A program made the position numbers and the translations under genes. The notes under the pieces are model-generated. The model was not told the DNA's origin. It searched no databases and saw only the letters and a list, made by a program, of their open reading frames with translations. Below are positions 13,570 through 26,385 of a stretch of 64,000 bases of DNA, one piece after another; position 1 is the stretch's first letter, and every line of letters begins with the position of its first letter. This DNA is from Octopus vulgaris (Eukaryota), in NCBI GenBank assembly GCA_951406725.2, contig OX597820.1, positions 65,348,001-65,412,000 on the forward strand. Direction: 5' to 3'.

Positions 13570-14464
13570 TGCTACCACAACAGATCTTTTATATCATCCA
13601 GTTAGCTCAATACATCATCAGGAGAAACCACGTCCGGTTTCGACTCCTACTCTCCTACCGTTTTGACGTGGCGCCCTCCCTCACCTTTCGGAGGTGTCTT
13701 CAGCTCTGGTGTTGGGTGCATTCCTTCTTTCTTCTTTCTTCTGTTCTCTGGCCTCTTCGCTGTAGCATCAACGAGTGTCAGTGGGCGACTGAATGCCCTG
13801 TCAAATTTTACTCTCCTTATTAGTTTTCTCAGCTACGAGCTAGAAAAAAACAAATCTTTTGAATAGCGTTGCCATTTTTCTGTCAATGAAGCTCTTAGCC
13901 CCCACTGCTAGGTGGTAATACTCGACATTCCGTCCCTGTTCTCTGCACTCTTCGATTAGTTTTTCGTACCTCTTCTCCTTTCGCTTCTCTGCATTGTCGA
14001 TGTTCTCTTTCCATAGCACTGTCAGTTCTTGCAAAATTCCTATTCTCCGTTCTCTGTCCCATTGGACTAAATCTGGTCTTTTTATCGTTTTTATGAGTGG
14101 AAATGTTACTAATCTTTCCAAATCCGTGGCCAGCTCCCAGTACCCCCTCCATCTTTCGTCTATCTCGTATGTTTTATTTGTAGGCTGGGTTTTATATCCC
14201 TTTCCCTCCTTCTGGAAGTATACTTTTCTGTGCTTTTCCACTTTTGGGTACTCTCCCCTATTGTATCTCTCGATCTTCTCCTTGAGTGCTGCGCTTATGA
14301 TGCCGAGGACATGATTATGACGCCATGTGTACTTTCTAGTGCTAGTCTGCAATTTGACAGAACATGTCTAACCGTCGTTTTCTCTCCGCATCTACCTTCA
14401 TCAGTTGTTTTATGTTCCACCAAACTAAGGTAAGGGTAGAACGTCGAAGGTAGACTTGATCAGG
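13570..14464 (-). mobile_element. 3' fragment of an RLE-type (R2-group, HERO-like) non-LTR retrotransposon
   Basis: ORF 13840-14352: YTWRHNHVL, RPDLVQW, ELTVLW, KRYEKL, AVGA (restriction-like endonuclease); upstream FLIKSTFDVLP and zinc-knuckle remnant RCGEK..VRHVLSNC. Confidence 0.85.
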
Positions 14465-14650
14465 AACATCGCTTGACAACCGATGCTGGAGTGTTTACGT
14501 CCCCGTAACTTAACGGTTCGGCAAAAGCGACCGATAGAAGAAGTACTGGGTTTACAAATAATAAGCCCTGAGGTCGATTTCCTCGACTAAATGCGATGCT
14601 CCAGCATGGCCACAGTCAAATGACTGAAACAAGTAAAAGAGTAAAAGAGT
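14465..14650 (+). mobile_element. SINE family A, 3' half only
   Basis: AACATCGCTTGACAACCGATGCTGG...GACTGAAACAAGTAAAAGAGTAAAAGAG. Confidence 0.88.
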
Positions 14651-15659
14651 AATTAACTGGATATTCACCTCTATAACAATTATTTCCATAAACACATCAC
14701 TTACCGAGTGGAATTGCAAAGTTTCTTGTGAACCAACGAGGGAATATCTATGCGATCGCTACTCGATCCTAGAAAAAGCAAATAACCTTTTCCAGAACTC
14801 TCACTCTAATCACACCTTACTCGCAATCTGAAAAGAGGGCAAGACATATTTGATGATGCATCTAAGAGCATAGACGTGGCGGGTCACGGTCAGAAGGCCC
14901 ATAATCCTAGAGCTAGATCAAGGCTCAACCAGGATGTAAGTAACAACAACAACAACAACAACAATAAAAATTAAAACTACTAAAACCACATATGAACGTT
15001 TCATTTGGTGTTTTCGTTGGATAATATTTGGAAATTGTGTTACGCACTCGTTGCTAGATGAAATATCTAAATGTTGTAGAAAGTACGAAGTGGAATAATT
15101 AATTTTGAGCAATATTAATCAATTTCATCAACTGATGCCTGCTCAGGAGCAAAGACTGATTGATAGTCAATTATTTCGAAATAATTTTGCTCGAGTTTAA
15201 TCAATTTAGAAAAAATTAAATCAACTTCAATTCAGCACTGCAATCTAGCGTAAAAACTCATTGGTAATATTGTTGTCGTAGTAGTAGTAGTAGTAGTAGT
15301 AGTAGTAATAGTGTAGTCGACTCGTTGTCGTCGTTGTCGTCGTAGTCATTGTTGTTAAACCTCGGCCTTTTCCTGATCATGTAAACCTTTAATCAAAGTC
15401 ATTGCAGCTGTGACTATCCCGGTTCTGTTTAGTGTTGTCTTGTTGAATTTATTTCTTTTTACATCCTATATCTTGAACTACATTTATCAATAGGTCGTTC
15501 CTTTTTCAAGACGGCAGAAAGGTTCGGCGACTGCATAAAGAGTCATTAGTTGACTCGTTGCCGATGTTGTTGATGCTTGTTTTTGTTGAAGACTCCAAGT
15601 CGACTGTGATAGAGCAAACCTCTGATGAGTCATAATCTACTTATGACTCTTTCTATTTT

Positions 15660-16068
15660 TTTTCTTTTGACTTGTTTCAGTCATTTAACTGCGGCCATGC
15701 TGAAGCACCGCCTTTAAGTCGACCAAATCGACCCCAGGACTTATTCTTTGTAAGCCTAGTACTTATTCTATCGGTCTCTTTTTGCCGAACCACTAAGTTA
15801 CGGGGACGTAAACACACCACCATCGATTGTCAAGCGATGTTGGGGGTCAAGTACAGACACACAAACATAGGCACACACATACATATACATATATATACAC
15901 ATATACGACGGGCTTCTTTACGCTTCCATCGACCAAATCCACTCACAAGACTTTGGTCGGCCCGAGGCTATAGCAGAAGACAATTGCCCAAGGTGCCACG
16001 CAGTGGGAATGAACCCGGAACCAAGCAGTTGGTAAGCTAGCTACTTACCACACAGCCACTCCGGCGCC
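15660..16068 (-). mobile_element. SINE family A, full length
   Basis: Reverse complement of consensus, ending ...CACAGCCACTCCGGCGCC on the + strand. Confidence 0.9.
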
Positions 16069-16538
16069 AATATATTCGATTATTTTTCAAACTGCATTCC
16101 GGAATACATTATCAAATACGTGTTCTTTTTTAAAAGCTGCAACGGTGTGTTTAGAAGTAAATCTGACGGATATTTGTATCACCTAAATACGGATCGCAAA
16201 GTGGCTGCGATAGTAATGTTGTTTGCCCCTTGGTCAGTCATAATCACACAAATGTATGATCGATGGTCTGTTGTCTTAATTTGTTTTGTCAGATCTATTG
16301 CATCTACGACCGTGTAATAAAATGTGTTCGTCATATATTTGGATTGTAACGAGAATTTGGAAAGATAATTGGTTGCTTTTCTACCATGTGGAAGATCTCT
16401 CGTTAGCTTTACCTGTTGATTAGTCTTTCAGTGGTTAATTATAATTTACTGATTCACAAGTCAAAGAGCTATCCTGCATGGCCGCAATCAAAAGACTGAA
16501 ACAAGTAGAATAAATAAATATATATATTCTTGAAAACA

Positions 16539-16676
16539 GGCGCTGACGTGATGTGTGTTAAGTGTTCAGTTCCACTGCGTGGCACCTTGGACAACAATCT
16601 TCTACTATACCCTCCGACCGACCACAATCTTGTGAGTGAATTTGGTAGATGGAAGCTGAAAGAAGCCCGCTGTATA
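16539..16676 (+). mobile_element. SINE family A 5' half (possible matching 3' end at 18005-18129)
   Basis: TTCAGTTCCACTGCGTGGCACCTTGG...GAAAGAAGCCCG followed by long (TA)n(GATA)n. Confidence 0.75.
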
Positions 16677-16683
16677 TACATAA

Positions 16684-16878
<195 letters not shown>

Positions 16879-17553
16879 CAGATACATACAAACATACATG
16901 CACACGTACACACACACACACACACGCACACACACACACACGCACACATATATACACAGACATAACTCGGGTTAAGTCGTTTCGATTTAAGTAGTTCTCA
17001 ATTGTACGTCGGCTTCTTAAAAAATATTATATGGAAAAATAAAAATCAAGTTAAGTCATTTTACTCGACTTTAAGTCTGTTCGCCACAAATATTGGAATC
17101 GTAAAATCATTAGAAAAACGTGAGAAGCACATGAAATCATGTTACTGTACAATAAATAAGAATAAAAGCATATAACATCATATTAAAATACGTACAATAA
17201 ATGTTAAGATACTCACCATAAAGTAGTGTAGCTTAGTGAACGAAATCATGAAATCACGAAAATATCGAATTGCATGTGCGTATTGGTAAATTTAAAATTA
17301 TTTATTTATTTTATTTATTTATTTATTTTTGGTATTGTGAAATAATAATTACTGAATTTGTTTATTAAGCTTAAAAAAGGCTTTTATTTTACCATGTCTT
17401 ATTGTATAAATAAAGCGTACGCAATGTGCGGTAAACACTGCCAAATTGTATTCGTAAATTTATATTACTTTTTTTCACTGTACTGTATTAGATATAAATG
17501 TCTGTTTCTAAGCTTAAAATATGTTTCTATTAGCCACGTGTTATTGAAAATGC

Positions 17554-17879
17554 GTGAGGGGGCGTGGCTTAGTGGTTAGGGCATTCGGCTCATGATCGTA
17601 AGGTTGTGAGTTCGATTCCCGGCGACGCGTTGTGTCCTTGAGCAAGACACTTTATTTCACGTTGCTCCAGTCCACTCAGCTGGCAAAAATGAGTTGTACT
17701 TGTATTTCAAAGGGTCAGCCTTGTCACTCTCTGTGTCACGCTGATTATCCCCGAGAACTACGTTAAGGGTACACGTGTCTGTGGAATGCTCAGCCATTTG
17801 CACGTTAATTTCACGAGCAAGCTGTTCCGTTGATCGTATCAGCTGGGACCCTCGTCGTCGTAACCGGCGGAGTCTTTTA
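17554..17879 (+). mobile_element. tRNA-derived CORE-like SINE family C, full length with 11-bp TSD
   Basis: A box TGGCTTAGTGG, B box GTTCGATTCC, GTTGTGTCCTTGAGCAAGACACTT; TSD ATTGAAAATGC at 17543-17553 and 17880-17890. Confidence 0.92.
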
Positions 17880-18004
17880 ATTGAAAATGCATTCATAAAT
17901 AAAGTACAGAAATGGGAATGGTTATTATCGGTTTAGCCTAGAAGACAAGTAAATTTGGCTTTGCCTAGCCTCGAGATATGTTAATTCGACTTAAGTCGCT
18001 TTTC

Positions 18005-18129
18005 GTACAAGGTTTACGAAAAATAAGCCCTGGTGTCGATTTCTCCGACTAAAGCCCGTTAAGGTGGTGCTCCAACATGGTCGCTCTCAAATGACTGAAA
18101 CGAGTAAAAGGATGAAAGAATAAAAGAAT
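18005..18129 (+). mobile_element. SINE family A 3' terminal fragment
   Basis: AATAAGCCCTGGTGTCGATTTCTCCGACT...GGTGCTCCAACATGG...TGACTGAAACGAGTAAAAG. Confidence 0.75.
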
Positions 18130-18135
18130 ATTATA

Positions 18136-18173
<38 letters not shown>

Positions 18174-18227
18174 CGTATTCTTTTAATCATTTACATATTT
18201 TATCCCTATGGCTGCTGTGGTCATGCT

Positions 18228-18284
<57 letters not shown>

Positions 18285-18382
18285 GATCTGCACTCATATC
18301 AGAACACTGATCCGTCCATCATTGAGCCGATGCATATCAAATTGCATTTGATGACGATAACTTCGACGACGCCGACGATGAT

Positions 18383-18445
<63 letters not shown>

Positions 18446-19574
18446 AGGGAGAGAGAGAGAGAAAGAAAGAGAGAGAGAGTGGTTTAGAGAAAAATAGAAG
18501 GATTCGGAATGAGAAGGAATAGGAGAAAGGTAAGAGGGATTGCAGCATAAGGATACAGGAAGTAGCAATACGGAGAAGGAGGAGAAGGAAGAGTATGTTC
18601 AAGGATAAAGGACGAAGAAGAGCAGGAGGAGGAGGAGGAAGGGAAACAAGGAGGGAATGGAGAAGGAGGAAGAGGAGGAAGAGGAGGAGGATGAGGAGGA
18701 GGAAGATGATAGAGAATCGTTTGAGCGGAAGGTGTTGGGAGAAGAGGAAGGAAACTTAATTAACTTTGATTATTTCCACACCATTAAGACTAGGTTATCA
18801 GTAAGCTTAATCAGGACTCCTTAATCAATATGGTGTCGTAGTAACTGTTGTTGTTGTTGCTGTTGTGGCGGTGGTGGTGGTGGTGGTGGTTGTGATGGTG
18901 GCGGTGGTGGTTGTTGTCGTTGCGTACATGCTAATGTTCGTGTTGGTGGCTGTTGTGCTCGTTGGCCACAACAGCTACAGTGGCCGTGTGATCTGTTCCT
19001 GTTTTTGTTGTTGCTATTGACGACGATGATGACGATTATGACGATGTTGATGTTGATGATGGTAGTGGTTGTGGTGGTGGTGGTGGTGGTGGTGGTGAGG
19101 GTAATGAAGATCACTGCGATAATACAAGCGGTTTTACCCTGTGATTAGTCACGCTACGTTAGTTATGCATGCGCATGTATATATGCATGTATGCATAAAT
19201 GTTTGCACGTAGTAGTGTATGTACGCATACATACATACATATATATATACGTATATAAATATCTGTATACAAGAATCTATTCATATATACATGCATGCAT
19301 ACATACATACATACATATGTTGGTATATTAGCCGGTATGTGTAAGTACAAACTCACAGAGAACAACATTGATATTCAGATGCATACACACACTCAAACAC
19401 AAAATCATATCAAACGTTTTGCTTTCACGGACATGTATCACGAATGCAGAGATTGCGCATAGGTACAGTAATGACTGTTTGACTAAGAAGCTTGCCTGGC
19501 AATCACACTGTCTTGTATTCGGTTTGAGAGCGTGGCATTTCGACAAATGTCCTGTACTGTATAACTTTGGGCCG

Positions 19575-19616
<42 letters not shown>

Positions 19617-19922
19617 CGCGGTGAATTTGAAAGATTATAATATATGATGAGACACGTATTATTTGTCTCTAAATTATATGTTAATGTTATGGCGCGGTTA
19701 CTGATGATAATTTCGCCTAGCAAATTATTTTATTTGGAAAAAAAATTCGAAACCTAGGTATAACCGTAAATAAAATAACAAGGTAAAAGTTTTTATTATT
19801 CATTCCCTTCGAAATTGCTCTTAAATATGGTTTTGGTCGTTTTGACTGCTACTTCTAGCGCGCAAAATTACCTATTAAAGGTAGTTTTCTCTTGTGTTTA
19901 AATGTACACCATTTTATATTGA

Positions 19923-19986
<64 letters not shown>

Positions 19987-20118
19987 AGTAAAGAATTAAT
20001 TAGAGAGAGACAAATTTCAAAGTCGATAATACTAATACACTTTATCAAAGCTAGCGTATATTCAAACACGGAGGGCATATATAAGTCATTATAAATATGC
20101 GAACATATAACATATAAA

Positions 20119-20172
<54 letters not shown>

Positions 20173-20320
20173 TATAGTGTAATTTGGTGCCCAAATCAAA
20201 GTCAGATCGAGAAATTGCATAAAGACATACAAGCAAATAAAAAGTCACAAGCAGATGAGATGACAGATCACAATATTCCAAAAGGAAGTCCTCAAACGAA
20301 TCCAATAAGTACGAAAGAAA

Positions 20321-20406
20321 TCTTACGGCTGTTTCCGGGAATGTACGAAGAAGTGTGTAGCTAAAACCTTTTCAACTTCAGTAATCCATATTTCCTCCAT
20401 CAGAGA
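20321..20406 (-). ncRNA. Hammerhead-ribozyme-like motif (degenerate)
   Basis: TCT-CTGATGGA-GGAAAT...ATTCCCG-GAAAC-AGCC-GTA-AGA; one extra G in the core. Confidence 0.45.
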
Positions 20407-20984
20407 ATACGCACGGATTCAAAAGTTTAAATGAAATCTCAAAATTATTCATGATATTGTAAAAATATGTTTAAGCGGCTGTTGTAATTTTATACAAATA
20501 AATATGTGTGTGTGTGTGTGTGTGCGTCTGCGTGTGTGTGTGTGTGTGTGTGCATCTGTGTGTATGTGTGTGTAATTATTAATCAATAATGAAGGGTATT
20601 AGAGATAGCATCACAATGCTAAAATAGCAGTTAAAAACTACTTAATAAAAATTATAAAAAATATTGTGATATTGTTTACAATAATATCAGTGGCTTAGCA
20701 CGCGTAAAAAAACATACAGGTAAATAATTATTAATTAATAGTGCAGGTTTTAGAGGTAGCACCAGATTGCTAACATAGCAGTCAAAAACGACTTAATGAT
20801 AAAAATTTCCACTTATACACAAAAGGTGAAATCAGGGGATGAGAAAAATAACCCTAAGATCCCATACAAATGATGAAAAATATTGCAATTTGAAAAGCTG
20901 GTGCTATTTCTACTCACCTTTTTTATAATTTTTATTCACTTCGATGACCTTTTATAAAAATACCCTTATTATTATTTACAGGAA

Positions 20985-21071
<87 letters not shown>

Positions 21072-21104
21072 TAGATAGATAGATAGATAGATATAGATAT
21101 AGAT

Positions 21105-21198
<94 letters not shown>

Positions 21199-21279
21199 TC
21201 AGGTGAATATGGTACTTAAGTTGACATACCAGAATTTAGTACGGTATTATCCATACAATTTCAAAGTAAGGTTATTAAA

Positions 21280-21756
21280 ATCAAAATAGGCACCAAGGAT
21301 ATTCAGAGGTAATGCAGTACGATAGTTTCCTGAACAATGCAATCGTTACATCAATTTAAAATGCATAAAGATGCATAAAGACATAGATTTAATTGAATCA
21401 GAAGAGATGGACACATTAGTATAATTATACCTAAACCCTCCAAGAAGTTAAGGAGATAGATAAAGAACTGACCCCATACAAATAAAAAATCAGTGGCAGG
21501 CAGAGTCTTCTTGATAATTTTAGTAACTTCTCTGCTGAAGTAGAGACATGTTCTTTATCTCCTTAACGTTTTGGGGATTTTAGGTATAAATATACAGATG
21601 TGTCCATCTGTTCTAATTTAATTAAATTCTATGTCCTTGCGCAGCTGAAGATTGCTCTACATGTTTTAATTGATGTAATGATTGCATTCTTCAATTAAAT
21701 AGTGTTGCATGAAACGATCGTACAGCATTATCTTTGAATATCCTTGTTGCTTATTT

Positions 21757-21761
<5 letters not shown>
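21280..21761. repeat. Long inverted repeat (arms ~21280-21470 and ~21548-21761), probably a Penelope pseudo-LTR pair
   Basis: Left ATCAAAATAGGCACCAAGGATATTCAGAGGTAATGCAGTACGATAGTTTC versus revcomp of right ATCAAAATAAGCAACAAGGATATTCAAAGATAATGCTGTACGATCGTTTC; similarity continues ~190 bp with indels. Confidence 0.9.
21641..21726 (+). ncRNA. Hammerhead-ribozyme-like motif (minimal type I)
   Basis: GCAG-CTGAAGA-[stem II incl. TTTAATTGA/TCAATTAAA]-GAAAC-GATC-GTA-CAGC. Confidence 0.55.
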
Positions 21762-21789
<28 letters not shown>

Positions 21790-22124
21790 ATCCAAGGACA
21801 GAGGTGTAGGAAGATAGTTAGCTTCAAACAATCAGGAGTAAATATAAAAAACAGTTTTCAGGAACTTTAGTGCTTTATTGAGGCAGAATATAGTGAAATT
21901 TTTTGCATCGGATTCTTTTTTTTTTTTTTTTGCAGGGTTATTTTAATATTTCACGGTAAGCGACCAAGATTGCCGGGTATGCGAATGAGAATACAAGAGT
22001 TAAGGAATGCAGTAGATAAAATCCGGGCTGCATATGTTTCATAGCGAGCGGAGCTTCGGAAGTTGTAAGTATCCAAGCGTAGAATATACCGCAGGCTACT
22101 CGTTAGGCTAAAGATATCTTGATT

Positions 22125-22225
<101 letters not shown>

Positions 22226-22264
22226 CTGTGTGCATGTGTTTGTGTGTGTGAGTGTGTACACATA

Positions 22265-23346
22265 TCATTTTGAGTCAATAGATATTCTTTTCGTATTTCA
22301 GTCTTTAATCAATAGTTCAAAAATTACGTATGTAAGGTGTTTATTCGACAAGATATATATCCTATCGTATTCTATCATCTGTTGCCATGGTTGTGTCAGA
22401 AAATCAGTTCCATGCATATCTTATTTGACTGGTTTAGAGGCAGAAAGTTCTCTGCACCCGTTTTCAACATCAGTCATATTGTTGAACCTCCGTCCCTGCA
22501 GGAAATGAGCCGAGACTCGGAAAAGGTGATAGTCTGATGATACAAGGTCTACTCTCTAATGAGGCTGAAGCAGCACCTCCGCTACATTAACCCCTCAGGT
22601 TTGCGCTCAGTCACACTGGCTGTTGTGCTGCTGCTGTAGGACCACGTGTCTTTGATTATACAATGCTGGGTGTAGTTCTTGAAAATAAAGCGCAACACCC
22701 ACTTGAAATTTCACCAAACACACAACATAAACTTTTGTTCAAACCGACGTTGTTTGAAAACAGGTTCTGAAGCCTGACTGGAACGAAACCACTAATTCCT
22801 CTTATTATGATTACGAAAATAGATCTATTTTTCATCCCTAGTTACAAGTCGACGCCAAAAAACGGACATTAGGAATATTTTCCATCAAATGCTCTCACGT
22901 CGTTCATCTTGGTCATTGGTCACTTCATGGAGAGCTTCTTGAAAGCGTCTATTTACGAGGCCAAGTTTATAGGGGTGTCGATCGATGGTGCTTTGTGAAG
23001 AACCATGTACTTGTCCTTAGCTATTCAACCATTTCAAGCAAGACCTCATCTTGCACAAAATTAGGTCTTCCTGATCGTGGTCTGTCGCCTTCCCTGAAAC
23101 GTCTGAACCAGTTTTGCATCATACGTTCGGTGAAATTTCTTGGGCCCTCCACATTATTAACTAATGCCGCTGCCCTTGTGCTCGGTCTTGCACTTAGTGC
23201 ACTCTACAGGTAGCGCAAAATAGCAATTTTCTTTTTACGATTCATTATTATAGAAAATCTATATCAAAATAACAATATAACATGAAGATAAAAGTTGCCA
23301 GAGTTCATCAAGGAAAATCCCCTCAAAAGCTTTTGACTAAAACTTG
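22265..23346 (-). mobile_element. Old mariner transposase relic
   Basis: Manual minus-strand translation with stops and frameshifts: QNWFRRFREGDRPRSGRP, RRLVTRDEK*IYF, KFMLCVW*NF, SDYHLFRVSAHFLQGRRFNN..DVENGCRE; degenerate TA-flanked TIRs. Confidence 0.8.
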
Positions 23347-23378
23347 TACACATATACACACACAAACACACATATCTA

Positions 23379-23414
<36 letters not shown>

Positions 23415-23488
23415 TATATATATATGTATATATATATATATAAATACATACACACATATATGTGTATGTATATGCGAGTGTGTGTAGT

Positions 23489-23568
<80 letters not shown>

Positions 23569-24039
23569 GATAGATAGATACATACATACATACATACATA
23601 CATACATACATACATACATACATACATACATACATACATACATACATACATACATACATACATACATACACAGATACATACACAGATCCCCACAGTTCAT
23701 AAATGCGTACATGCAAATAGATCAACGTGTGTTTTACCGAAAACGTTATATGAGTGGACATTATTTTTCTATTAACTGAAAAACAATGTTCTTAAGTACC
23801 TTCCTCCAGATTTGCAAGGAATCCATACGGGAAAGATTGGTCATACTTATAGAAATACAAACAGTAGTAGGACTTCTTATAATGCTTTCATTCAACATCC
23901 AATGAATAGAAAATACACGACGCGTTAACACAGTGGAAAGACATCAATCCGCTACAGGTGAATTCTTGAATATAGTCTTATAAATAACTTTGCTCCCACT
24001 CACACACACACGCACACATGCAAGCGTTGTTGGCACTAA

Positions 24040-25250
24040 GTCCATAAGACACTAAACAACGTAGGAAACGAGATATATAAAATGGACGATAAAAGGTGAT
24101 TTCTAAAACCTGTGCAAAGCATAATTGAAAAAAGGATAACCACTCTTATACTCTTAGAAAGCCACAGAATGGTATATTTTTTTAATCAGGCTAACATCAT
24201 GAAAACCAAGCTTAGTAACGTAACGAGGTAAAATGTTCCTTATAAAAGGAACGTCACTAGAATATCTCTGAACTCTTATTAAATATTCTAAACTAAAACT
24301 TCCCTTTTAACTACAAAAAAGCCAAAGCATCTCCAAGAGATACAGAGTAACATAGGCATAGGCGAACAACCATAAATCGAGTAGATAACATCGACAATTC
24401 ATATCTATCAAAAGCTTGCAAATACTTCAAACAAAATCCCTGTCTCACTACCTCTCTCTATTTCTCACGCTCTCTTTCTCATATAGGTAATACCTCAAAT
24501 TTTAATCCACAAGGAAATCTTCATATTGAAACAATGGTAGAATATTTTATAGTTTCAACAGAGACGATAAACATCCGACATCGATAGAATAATAATGAAG
24601 CAAATAATTCGAAAGAGAGCATCACTACCCTAGCTACTCTGTCAACTACGAAGCCGCTGACTCGAACTGCAATATTTTTAAAAAATCACACTACTATGAG
24701 AGACAAAACCATATCTTCGCACACTGATAAATTTAAATTTAGAAAAACAGTTGTGTGAAGTCTTAACTAACGCCCTAATACTAAAATATACTAGCTTATA
24801 CTTGCTTATAAAAACAGTAACATGAAAGAACAAAACAATATAATTATTAATAAGAAATATTCTATAATAAAACTTCTTAAGTTCTCAAGCATAATTGTAG
24901 ACAAGCCTCTGACAGTACTTCGAAGATAAGCGCCTATTATGCGATGTATTAACGTTAACTAACATTAGCTCTTGCTTCGGTTCTACATCTAACAGATTTA
25001 AGAAACTTTATAGATATACTTTAATAACAGAAAATGATGAATGATAACTTCTCTAATACAATAGAAAGAAGGACTAGGATTTGCGCAAAAGGGAATTCAA
25101 AACACACCGAGCAGATGAGATTTCTTAAACGAAAAAGTGAATCTGTGATTCTGTAAAAGCTAAAGTTTTAAATCTTTCCTCGCAACAAGTCCAGGTCAAC
25201 AGATATTAAGATCGCAACTTTGGTCTTAATTAGAATTATCAAACAAAACA
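24040..25250 (+). mobile_element. Possible highly decayed Penelope-like element (RT thumb / GIY-YIG region)
   Basis: A-rich, microsatellite-poor block with HPTSI, HNCR, FGSTSNRFKKLY and NL-C-like remnants in the order expected for PLE GIY-YIG. Confidence 0.4.
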
Positions 25251-25959
25251 GACGCGTATGCTATATTAACGTCTCAATTATCGGATCGTAAATAATTATA
25301 TAAAATAATTGTGACCATTTGATGCAAGCATATACAGGGTTATTTTGTCCTTTAGGTTGAATAATCAGACACCATACAGGTGTCTCAAGAATATACACGG
25401 ATATATGAAAAGCTGAACAATGGCTTGATGGATTTAAGTTGTATATATGCATCTTTGTACGCATGTATACATGTACTTATCCGTTAATGTAATTTTCGAA
25501 AGGATTCTATTATGTATATTACATTCACATAATCCTCTTTAGGACGAGGTATATAAATATGTTTATCTATGTATATGTATACATATGAAAGTGTGTATGT
25601 ATAGATGAGTAAATATATATATATATATATGAATATATGTCTAAGTATGTTTAAATGTATTACAGGCGCGTGGTTTTAGAGGTTAGAGTGTTGCACAAAT
25701 GATCGCAAGATTCTGTTCTCGATTCCTGGACAGAGTGATGTGTTGTATACTTGAGCAAAACACTTAATTTTACAAGGACTATGGAACCTGATGCGGTTCC
25801 TGACCCTGACAGGTCATGTCAAACCGTCCAACTCATGCCAGCATAAATATATATATATAGCACACACATAAATATCTATTCACATACGCATATATATAAA
25901 CACACACATACATAATACATACGTACATCATATATGTGTGTGTTCTTTTTTTCTTTTTC

Positions 25960-26176
25960 TTTTTTTAATATTTTACAGCCATTTGACTGTAACCATGCTG
26001 GAGCAGCGCCTTTAGTGGAACAAATCGACCCCATAACTTATTGTAAGCCTAGTACTTATTCTATTAGGTCCCTTTGCCGAACCGCTAAGTTATGCGGACG
26101 TAAAACACACCAGTATCGGTCGTCAAGCGATGGTGGGGGGACAAAGACAGACGCACAAACATACACACATACATAA

Positions 26177-26225
<49 letters not shown>

Positions 26226-26385
26226 CGACGGGCTTCTTTCAGTTTCCGTCAACCAAATCCACTTACAAGGGTTTGGTTGGCCCGAGGCTATAGTAGAAGA
26301 CACTTGCTCAATGGGCCACGAAGTAGGACTGAACCTCGAACCATGTGGTTGGTAAGCAAGCTACTTACCACACAGCCACTCCTGG
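25960..26385 (-). mobile_element. SINE family A, full length
   Basis: Reverse complement of consensus with internal (CA)(TA) tract. Confidence 0.9.

Noticed and set aside
17557-17630. tRNA-like sequence with A and B boxes
   Set aside because: Head of a TSD-flanked SINE; no complete cloverleaf or terminator
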